The notes under the pieces are model-generated. The model was given only the letters and a program-made list of their open reading frames with translations. It had not been told where the DNA came from and did no database searches. Positions 1-10,001 of a stretch of 64,000 nt of DNA are shown here, piece by piece. The DNA is from Eremomyces bilateralis CBS 781.70 (Eukaryota), in the NCBI GenBank assembly GCA_010015585.1, contig ML975170.1; one strand, 5' to 3'. Each line of letters starts with the position of its first letter. Positions within the stretch are counted from its first letter, which is position 1. The position numbers and the translations under genes are program-made.

Positions 1-374
1 CTGCAGCCGGCGACGTCGCCAAAAACCTCTACACGACCTTTTTCCAAAAAGTCCAGAAGCTGTACTCCGAAGATAAAGTCAAAGACGGCGTGTTCCAAGC
101 CATGATGGATGTCGCCTTAGTGAACGATGGCCCTGTAGGTGTAGATTATGCCTACGAGGACGGCGAGGTAGCCACATGGCCGAACCGCCTCCATTGCTCG
201 CATATGGCTGACTGAGAGTAGGTCACGATCACGATCGATACCGCGCCGCCGAAACTTGATATGGCAGGGGAGGGGCCGGTCCATGCCGAACGGACGATCA
301 GTGTGGACGAGCTCATTGAGAAGCTGGAGAAGATGAACCCGGGTTTCAAGTTTCCGCCTGAGCTGCTTGAGTAA
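1..374 (+). CDS. DTD1: D-aminoacyl-tRNA deacylase, 3' portion (5' end outside window)
   Basis: Frame from base 3 reads ...KVKDGVFQAMMDVALVNDGP, then an intron (GTAGGT at 135, GCTGAC branch, TAG ending 221), then VTITIDT...PELLE* (TAA 372-374). This rebuilds the DTD NxGPVT motif. Confidence 0.88.
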
Positions 375-705
375 CTTTGGATATTTTGAACGGCATTTAC
401 TCATTACGACAAGCTAGCGCTACGTGGGCAAGGGGTTACGGTTGGGTATATCTTGGATAGAGGTCAGGGCAACCAATACAGGACTGAGTACGTCATATAA
501 TTCCATACAAATCAGTTCCTTCCATTTTCCATAGGCATCACCATCCTCTATGATCAAATTGGACAACACACTCGTATTGTTTGTTGTCATCGCTCGTGTT
601 CAGTCAACCTTGCTGCAAGGTGCTGTTGACGATGTGGGGGTGCTGGTTAATGGTTATTGGTTTGGTGATGCTCACCGCACAGACCTCTCTCGAGCTTCGT
701 CGTGG

Positions 706-720
706 TTTCTGGAGGCTTCT
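706..720 (+). promoter_or_regulatory. Candidate heat shock element upstream of CPR6
   Basis: TTC-tg-GAG-gc-TTC matches nTTCnnGAAnnTTCn with one mismatch, ~150 nt upstream of an Hsp90 co-chaperone gene. Confidence 0.3.
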
Positions 721-866
721 ATCAACCGAGACCCAAAATACAAACACAACCAGAAGAACTCCCACCACTTTCAATCCTTTCCCAGCCAGATCTCACTCTC
801 AGTCAGCTTCAGTGTTCAAAATCCAGAACCAATCTTCCTCTACACGAACAGTCTACCACACTCGCA

Positions 867-2169
867 ATGGCGGAATCCTCAGGTAAGTACCGTCTCAACG
901 GGGCCGTTTGCAGCAGCCATGCTCACGCTGAATTTAGGTCGCAGCCGCGTCTACTTCGACGTCCAGGTCGGCAAAAAGCCGCTGGGAAGAATCTCCATGG
1001 AACTGGTATGTCTCCCCATGTAACTATCTGACAGCATCGTACTGACCTCTTCCTCACCAGTACAACGACATCGTCCCCAAAACCGCCGAGAGCTTCCGCG
1101 CCCTCTGCACCGGTGAAAAAGGCACCGGCACCACCGGAACCCCCCTCCACTTCAAAGGCTCCACCTTCCACCGCGTGATAAAAGGCTTCATGATCCAGGG
1201 GGGCGACTTCACGCAGCACAACGGCACAGGCGGCGAGTCGATCTACGGGGAAAAGTTCGCGGACGAGAACTTCGACTTGAAGCATGAGAAGCCGTTCCTG
1301 CTGAGCATGGCGAACGCGGGGCCCGGGACGAACGGGTCGCAGTTCTTCGTGACGACGGTGCCGACGCCACATTTAGATGGGAAACATGTGGTGTTTGGGG
1401 AGGTGTTGAATGGGAAGAGCGTGGTGCGGGAGATTGAGAATATCAATACGGGGCCAAATGATAAGCCGCCGATCGATGTTGTGATTACGGGTAGGCCGAT
1501 ATATCACTAGAGGGAAGTTCAAGTCCATGGTAGCGCTAACAAATTCCAGACTGCGGTGAACTGAAAGGCGACGCCTACGCCAAAGCGACCGAAAAGCTCC
1601 CCGACTCCACCGGGGACCCCTACGAAGACTACCCTGAAGACCAACCCGCCGCCGACCTCACCGCCGCCTCCATCCACCGCATCGCTGCCGACCTCAAAGA
1701 CATGGGCAACCGCGCCTTCAAGGCCGCCGACCCCGCCGTCGGCCTCGCCAAGTACCAGAAGGCCCTCCGCTACCTCTATCAATACCCGGAGACCGCCGAC
1801 GACGAAAAGGACCTCGAGCTTAAGCTCTCGTCCCTGAAATTCGCCCTCCACAGCAACTCCGCCCTCCTCCACCTCAAGCTCAACGATCCTGAAAGCGCCG
1901 CGAAGTCCGCCGACGCCGCCGTCGACACCGCCGACTCTGACGGGAAAGACTCGCTGATCACCTCCGCGGAGCGGGCGAAGGCGCTGTATCGCCGCGCGCT
2001 GGCGAAGACCGCGAAGAAGGACGATGAGGCGGCCATGGCGGACCTGAAGGCGGCGCTGGCACTGGTGCCGGGGGATGCGGCGATTACGAAGGAGCTGGGG
2101 GCGGCGAAGAAGAGGGAAGAGGAGCGGAAGAGGAAGGAGAAAGCGTTGTATAGTAAGTTTTTCCAATAA
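867..2169 (+). CDS. CPR6: Cyclophilin 40 (PPIase domain plus TPR repeats), Hsp90 co-chaperone; 4 exons
   Basis: [56 protein letters not shown], and a C-terminal TPR region (KALYRRA). Introns ~883-937, 1006-1060, 1491-1549. Confidence 0.95.
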
Positions 2170-2663
2170 GGGAGGGAACTGATACATGGATGGAGTTAGG
2201 AGGGAAAAATGGGGTCGGTTGTGAGCTGGGGGGGATGGAATTGGTGGCGCCGGCATGTCATAGCGAGGGGATTTTTAGAACAAGAAAGCGATACGGGTTA
2301 GAGTTCATGATTCATGCGAACACGACTGAACTAGGTACGATCCGTGGCGAGAATCATATCATTCGGAGTGATCGCGAGACGATCTGACCTAAAGTGTGAA
2401 CAATCGGCACCTCATGTTAGATGAGCCCTTCGGATAATTAGGCCAGAAATATATCCGGAATTTCGCCATCACGCCGCGGCTAGAAAGTATGTTCTTGATA
2501 TCATGAATTCTGTACCGACGTTTGCATTATCGCACAGATGAGAGGCGAATCCACCACCCATAAGCTAATTCATAATCCTAGCTCTGCGAATCACGCTCCC
2601 CTCCCATTATGACTCCTCATTTCCCAAACGATCGTGCACGCCGATCCATATCGAGAGAAAACT

Positions 2664-3546
2664 TTAGAACGCGACGAAAGCAGCGACACCCACAGCAACA
2701 ACACCCACCAACAACTGACCGAAACCTGGCCGAACGGCGGCTGCAGCGCCAGGGGTACTGGAGCCGCCAGCTGCGCCTCCGGGAGAGGGTGCACCGCCCT
2801 TGCAGGTCTCAGAGCCGACGCTGGCGAGCTCAACGCCGCCGACACCGGTGGAGTTCTGACAAGTGTCGCCGCCGGCGATGGTTGCGTCGGTGCGGAAGAC
2901 GATGTCGGCGCACTGGTTAATCGGGTTAGCAACCCTTGCCATTATTCTGCCTCAATGCATTTGTGACCCCGTGACACACGTCGCCATCCATGGCTACGAT
3001 TGGAAGGGGAGGGGATGCTCACATTGTACAAGCTGGCACCACTGTGGGAAATCTGGATGATTTGGACGGATGCAGGCTGGCCGTCGGTCAGGTTCAGGCC
3101 CGCAAGGGCTTCGCGGCCGGTTTCTGAGATGCAAAAGATCCCAGCGCCGGTTTGGTTGAACCCTTCGACGAGGCTGACGTTGAAAGAAGTGACCGCCTCA
3201 CCGAGGCCCAGATTGATGTAAGTGAATGCCCACTCGTGGCTAACATTGGCACGAACGGTGCCGCCGGTCAATGGCCATGCGGTCCGGTTGGTGGTGCTGT
3301 TCTCCTGAGAGACACCGGCGCCTGCGATGGATGTTAAAAACTTGTTTCCGAAGGTATGCAGGATTCAATTGGTCAAATCATGGCTGGAAATCAAGTATCG
3401 AGAAGATCTAAAGAAAACGTACATGGCCAGGTCCATTGAGAACGATTGGAGGCAAAGGAATCCCCTCGCCAGTACGGCTCCTGTAGCCGGAAATGGGCAG
3501 AGGCGAGCGTGAGGAGCGTAGTGAAGGTAATGAGTTGGGGAAGCAT
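2664..3546 (-). CDS. GPI-anchored Bim1/X325-like copper-binding cell-surface protein; 3 exons
   Basis: Signal peptide MLPQLITFTTLLTLASA then HFRLQEPYWRGDSF...QWTWPC, RTAWPLTGG, SHEW, LYN/CADI, a Gly/Ser linker and a hydrophobic GPI-type C-terminus. Confidence 0.75.
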
Positions 3547-6264
3547 CTTGATAGACTTGTGAACTCAATTGAAAGTGGATAATTGACTTGAATTGATGCT
3601 ATTTTTCGCAAGAGTATTGTGTTGGCGGTTGGGAATGAGGAATGAGAAAAATCAACATGCAGAAGCTGCCCCATGGATACATGCCGCGGAACTTATACTC
3701 GGTAGCACCCCACTCGGCGATTGAGCAAGTTTGCTTTTCCGCGCCATTGGGACCCAATTCGAAGTCAGACTTCAAAGGCAGGGTAATTGACTAGCCATTC
3801 ATCGCGCAGCTCGCCTGTTATCTTCTCGTGGCGGCCAGTTCAAGCCTCCAGTGCATTTTGAAGGGAATATGTGATGCAGCGAGCAGGAAACCCATGAACA
3901 AAGGGCTTGGAATATGCGGAAGCTGCTACACGGATGATCGAATGTACTCAGCGCTATACTGGGTGCGTTCAAGATGGATTGGCCAATTGCGAGAACAACG
4001 GGCTACCGCATGCGGTAAACCCAAGCTTGCCCTGCACGTCCACACGATCGGTCCCCTGGCACAGTGATCTTCTGTCCAGTAGAGGTCTAGAGCATAGCCA
4101 AGGGGACGGACATCGGGCTGCAAATCCGAGAGCCATGGCAAGCTCCCGAGTTGGTTCTCCGTTATTCTTTCGCTAGTGCCGGCTACAGATCCTACGGTAT
4201 ATCAACCAGTCCAGGATGGTTTTACAAGAACTCAAGATGTTCAGAACGATTGTGCTAGTTGATCCGCCTTGGAAGATTGCTCCTCTCGTGTTTCTTGTTC
4301 CACTAGGCATCTAGTATGGATCGAATGCCTAATGATCGATACCTAAATTTATTGCAGTTGTTTAAGCAGGTAGCGAAGTCGCATGACCGACCCTTGCTAT
4401 GGCGCACGCCGGATGCCGTAATACAGCGTGGAGACCGAACAGGAAAGTGTTAGAGTTACTGGAGTGAGTTCGGTGTACGGTTTAGTGCCCGTTATTCGGA
4501 TCATCAGGTAAACTGAAAGTCAATAATAGGACAGTATTACGAAAACACCAACGGGGAAGGAGGTGAGAGAATGGTGAAGCAAGAAGTGAGGTTGGAAATG
4601 TGCGCAAACTACCTCAACTGTTCGGTGCGCTAGCAGGGGGAGTTCTGCGTCCTCGGGAAGTCGCGATGGAGTTGGCCAATCAGATCTGCAGTTTGGCCCT
4701 GACCATGTCCGATTTGCGCAGTTGCGGGGATATCACCCCCAGGCCCTGCCACATGCCCGCAAGCTGCCAATGCGGTTCGCTTTGAATCCTCATTCACTGT
4801 GTGGATTTCATTGTGTTGGCAACTGACATCTTCTCCCGGTTGGCGGCTAGAGTCTCCGATCCGGAATTGGATTATGGATCCGACCATCCGGTTCTCGGTC
4901 GTGATGTGTGTGTTACCAGAATAAGGGAATCCTTCAGACTGGGGACGAAGCCGCCTTGTGGCCTTGTTGACTCGACAACATATCGGAGGATCCAATCCCA
5001 TGATCCCATCATTCCATGTCATTGATGCTGCAGCTGAAACGATTCAAGATGAACGCTCAAGGCCGAAGTTCCATGATTGAAGCATTTTGATAAAGTTAAC
5101 GATTGAAATGAACAAGCCCAACACCATCATTGACAATTGATGATGGATAATAATGGCACCAGAATTCGCAATTCGCAAGACTCTCGCCCGTTACGCCGAC
5201 CTACCTTATATTCTCGCCTCAACCGGACCGTAATTCGGATGTTTGACATGTTACAAGGGGTGTGATATGAGAACAGGGTATTCGCACAAAGTTGCGCAGC
5301 GGACAGCACTTTGGCAAGGATTGAGCGCTACGGCCGGCTCAAGAAGATGGCCGGTGGTGCTCTTGTTGTGCGTTAGTATGGAAGCGTGTCGTGGATGGTA
5401 TCGAAGCCGTCCCTCTCCGCTCAGGTGCCAGTAAGGGGTTGGCGCATGATATGACCAGCTCTCTGGCGAGGCGAAACGTGTTCGCGAGGACGATTGCAAA
5501 GGTTTTTAAGTAGCCCCCTCAACGCTTCGGTAAGCTGGATTACCCGTGGTGTAAATATATCGTGTGTCTTGATCGTGGAGCAACCTTTGCCTCGTTGGTG
5601 GGAGTCGCGAGAGGAACAAGGCGACGGATGCTGGTCTGACGGTGGTGATTTCCTTTTGGTGGGCAATGATGGAATTCAATGGTCTTGCTGAACTGCTGGA
5701 AGTAGAGGCAGATGCAGGGTGTGCATGGTAAAGTTATGCGTGGCTAGGAATTGGAAACGATATTGTGGTGTTGATGCTCATGTACGATCAAGAGTCTTGG
5801 ATCAGGCCAACATGCCCGAGAACCGGTAGATCACCAATCAGTCAACCTCAACCCTCACTCAAGACCATCCCACCAGTTCGCTTTAATATGCCCATTGCAT
5901 TAATTCTGGGAATAGAGTGGATTATGGATATCTAAGTAACGCCCCTCCCCGTCCATGCACCACCCGCTCGTGCGGCTCGATTGTAGAAAGAAGCCCTCGT
6001 GAGATCGTGACGAAAAAAGAAATTGACCTGTCGCAAGGATAGGGGTGCGGATAGATGTAGTAGGCGGCGATCCCCTCCCCTCGCCATTGAAACTTTTAAT
6101 GATTAGCTGCCGCCGTGGATGGACTCCCAGGTCCTCGCCGCCGCCTTTTGATTCGTTGGTACGCCCCTTTCCGAACCGTCGTCGAACGAAGATGCCACCA
6201 AAATCCTCCCGGCAAGCAGTACTAGCATCAACTCCACCGGTAGAGAAGTGTGAGCGTCTCGTCA

Positions 6265-7250
6265 CTAAGGAAAGCTCGCGTCGATGGGCATCTGGAAGCC
6301 TTTCACGGAGAACTCATTCCGAACATAGACTGCCACTGAGTCCAACTTCTTGCGCTGCACATGCAACGCCCCCAGCCGGATGTCCTTCTCGTAATCCGAC
6401 AGCTCCTCCCACGTTTTCCCACCGTTGAGTGGCGCCGGCTTGACAGCACGCGCTTTTTGCGCCGTTGTGGATTCCTGGCTGGCGGAGGACGATGGACGCG
6501 AGCCGTCGGTGCCTTTCGGGGATGGGGCGCCGGAGGGGGTCCCTTGACGTTGCCGATCGGTGGGGACGGTGGGCGGGAAGCGCGGCGATCCAACCCACTC
6601 GGCGTGCGTCTTGAATTCCGTCAGGGTTCCGCGCGGGGCTGTCCCCATTAGGACGAGGATCAGATTCGCCTGGATCTCGCGCGCGAGGACGCTGCATTTC
6701 TTCTCGGGATATTGGATCGTGAGGGCGTTGAGTTTCCGGGGTCCCTTGGTCGATGTCTTGGAGGGTTTCCGGTATGGATCCGAAGCGGATGCATGGAAGT
6801 GGTGGGCACCAGCGGTCATGGCAATTGAAAATGAACTCGGGTCCTTGCGGTCGAAATCGTTCCAGGCAAGGGTTACCATAGCGGCGATCTCCTTGGCCTC
6901 ATTGGTGTCAACAGGGGTGGAATATGCGATCAGAGTGCCATTGCGAGACATGAGGCTACACACAAAGTTAGTGAAAGACAATTGAGTTATAGGCGGGCAT
7001 ATTCAGAGTGAGTATCTTGTGGAGTCAATGGAGCGCCCGGGCCTTCTGGTCTACGTGAACCTGATAAACCCGTGCCAATCACTCTCAATAGAGATGTACG
7101 AAGAGGTTCCAATATGCAGGGTAGACTCTCGAATTGCATATTGACATCGTTCAATGAGAGAATGAGGGGGTGCACTTACAAAATGTGAGGATAGATGGCT
7201 TTGTCGACATTTTTGGTGAGAAGCTCACTGATACCCTTGATCTGGAGCAT
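6265..7250 (-). CDS. Roadblock/LC7-like (LAMTOR2-like) protein with low-complexity insertions; 2 exons
   Basis: ATG 7250 gives MLQIKGISELLTKNVDKAIYPHI, intron 7179-6956 (GTAAGT...CTAAC...TAG), then FLMSRNGTLIAYS...AKEIAAMVTLAW...LILVLMG...LGALHVQRKKLDSVAVYV. The family call rests on a roadblock-like motif pattern. Confidence 0.6.
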
Positions 7251-8548
7251 ATCGGCTGAGCTTAAGAGTTCAGTCGATGTCAAGGCGTCTAAATCTCTAG
7301 GGAGATGTGATAGAGAGCGGGGGGATGGGGATTCGACTGCGGTCTCGTTGGATGTCGACTCAAGTGGCCGCTGGCGAAGCCGGGAGCGAGTGACAGATTG
7401 AGCGAGTCTGTTCAAAGAATTCGGTGGTGAGGGAGAGTTCGAGGAACCAGAGATACGCCGAAACGATCCCCAATGACTGAATGCAGTTAGTCTCTTTGCG
7501 TCCACATCGAATACCCGATCCAACGGCGCCCAGCTGAAGACGTGACCCATGACGGCGGTAAGAGAGAAGACCAAGATTATTATTAATAAAAAAAGGAAAG
7601 ATTATGCAGGATAGAGTAGACTGAGAGGTATGAAAGAAGATGGAGAGAGAGGTAGAGAGGCGAATTGACAGGCGCGCTGAAAGTGAACAGTGTGATAACG
7701 AAAGGGACCCGCGCAGCAGGAAAGTGAAACATGATGGCACTCACTTTTTGAAAGTGAATTTATTATCAGGAACCACTGTCGAACTATAGTCGCCGAGATA
7801 ACTGCACGAAATCCGACGAAGTCCTCCCTCTAAGCCTGGAAATATATCAGTTGAAGCTGGTAAAGGAGTCCTGTGAATGGGAAAGGATCGCGATAGGAGA
7901 ATAACCTAGGAATTATGATAATAATGGACGCTTGAAGGCACATCTCACCTTTTAGTTCTAGATAATAGGCAAATCCGTATATCGGCCGGGTTTTCTTTTG
8001 TAAAGACTGTTAAGGACGAGGAATGGAATCACATTGAGTTGGAGGGAGTTGTGGAGGGATGGAGCTACGATGTTTAGGTAGTTGATGATCTATGGCGCTT
8101 GGGCGTTGCCGCCTGAGGCGTTAAGGAAGAAGAATAGGACAATGGGCCAATACAAATTGAAAGGCACGTGCCCAGCCATTCAATTCATCAAATCATCAGT
8201 TCATCACCCATCAGGGTATCACCACGTTCATGGAGTACTTTAGCACGAATTGGAGAGATAAGGGACTTAAATGGCAATGAAGGCTCTATTCATGGGAACC
8301 ATCGATGCCAATTGAGAGGTCTACACGATGTGCCTTTACTTGAAGAAATGACCACTCGGCAAATAGCATATCCGTCAGTTCCTGCTTCCTCTGGATTCGT
8401 CCAAACCAACCCCCAGCCGGCTGGCGTCATCGCCGAGCTCGCAGCTAAGCTCTCTTCGTGTGGCTGTTATCGCGATACCCCTCCAAGCCACTGTGCTGAT
8501 TGCTGCTTCTCTTTTATCGTGAACCACTTCAATTGTGCGTATCCGTAG

Positions 8549-9717
8549 ATGTTTCGTGCTGCCACTAGATCCTTTGCAAGTCAAATTCCCAAGATGGCCT
8601 CCAATCCTTCCAAATATAAGTTTAACCATTCCATGTGAGTCCACCAAGTCTCCATGTCCGCGATCCCACGACGCTGACCCCGAGTCGAGGCTTCGGGTGA
8701 AAGACCCCCAAGTATCGGTCAAGTTCTACGAGTTTATCGGCATGAAACTCATCAACAAGATCCAGAATCCCGACGTGAAATTCGACGTCTACTTCCTAGC
8801 GTACGACACACCGTCCGCCGTCTCCGCGGGGAAGCACTGGACGGACCGCGAGGGCATCATCGAGCTGACGCACAACTATGGCACCGAAAACGACCCGGAC
8901 TATAAGGTCCACACGGGCAACAGTGATCCGAAGGGGTTCGGGCACGTGTGCATCTCGGTGGATAATATCCAGGCGGCTTGTAAGCGGTTGGAGGATGCGG
9001 GTTATAGGTTCCAGAAGAAACTCACGGATGGACGCATGCGGCATATCGCTTTTGCTCTCGATCCGGATGGTTACTGGGTTGAGATAATCGGGCAGAAACC
9101 CCTGGAAGAGACCGAGGCGACCACGACGACTGATGTGACTACCTATCGCATGGTATGCCGGTTCACCAGCAGCCTCGGACATTCAATCACCGTTAACTTC
9201 CCCTCTAGAACCACACCATGATCCGCGTCAAGGATCCCGAGAAGTCCCTCGCCTTCTACCAAGACATCTGCGGCATGAACCTCGTCCGCACCCACGAAGT
9301 CGCAGCCGCCAGCTTCAACCTCTACTTCCTCAGCTACGGCGCGTCACCCGCGGACGGACCGAGCGGAGTCAGCCCGATGGCCGGTCAGGAGGGCCTCCTG
9401 GAATTGACGTGGAACTACGGGACTGAGAAAGACGCTGATTTCAAGTACCATGACGGCAATGCGGAGCCGCAGGGGTTCGGGCACATTTGTCTTGCCGTGG
9501 ATGATTTGGAGGAGGCGTGTAAGCGGTTTGAAGAGAAAGGGGTCAATTGGAGGAAGAGGCTGACGGACGGCCGAATGAAGAATATTGCTTTCATTCTAGG
9601 TGAGACCTCTGGATGGGACAATTACTCGGTGTGTACTGACAGTTGCTTGCAGATCCGGATGGATACTGGATCGAGATCGTGCAGAATGAGAAACTCAAGC
9701 AACGATCAAACTGGTAG
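8549..9717 (+). CDS. GLO1: Lactoylglutathione lyase (glyoxalase I, two-domain fungal type); 4 exons; in-frame ATGs at 8549 and 8594
   Basis: NHSM/LRVKDP, ELTHNYGTE, GFGHVCI, DPDGYWVE, and a second domain NHTMIRVKDP, ELTWNYGTE, DPDGYWIE. Introns ~8635-8689, 9153-9208, 9600-9652. Stop TAG 9715-9717. Confidence 0.95.
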
Positions 9718-10001
9718 GTTGTCATAGACCGAATGAGGTGCTCAGTCCTTCCGGCTTGGATCTTCGGTTTAAGTGGCCATCCTCAAAAATCTGCCTCCAA
9801 TGGCTGTGCAAAGACAGGTTCGAAGCTGTAGAATATCACTTCAAATAGATTGGAAATTCCTTGCGACCTACTCGCTAAAGGGTCCTCCGACATTGACCAA
9901 GACATGAAACGGAGAAAAGGTGGATAGTCCGGCTCTCATTGCGAAGTTGCTAACATCAGTATATATCCTGTTATTCATTCCACTCCACACTCGTTGCCAT
10001 C

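Noticed and set aside
3750..6250. Many short ORFs in the long intergenic region
   Set aside because: No codon bias, consistent splice model or recognisable domain; treated as non-coding.
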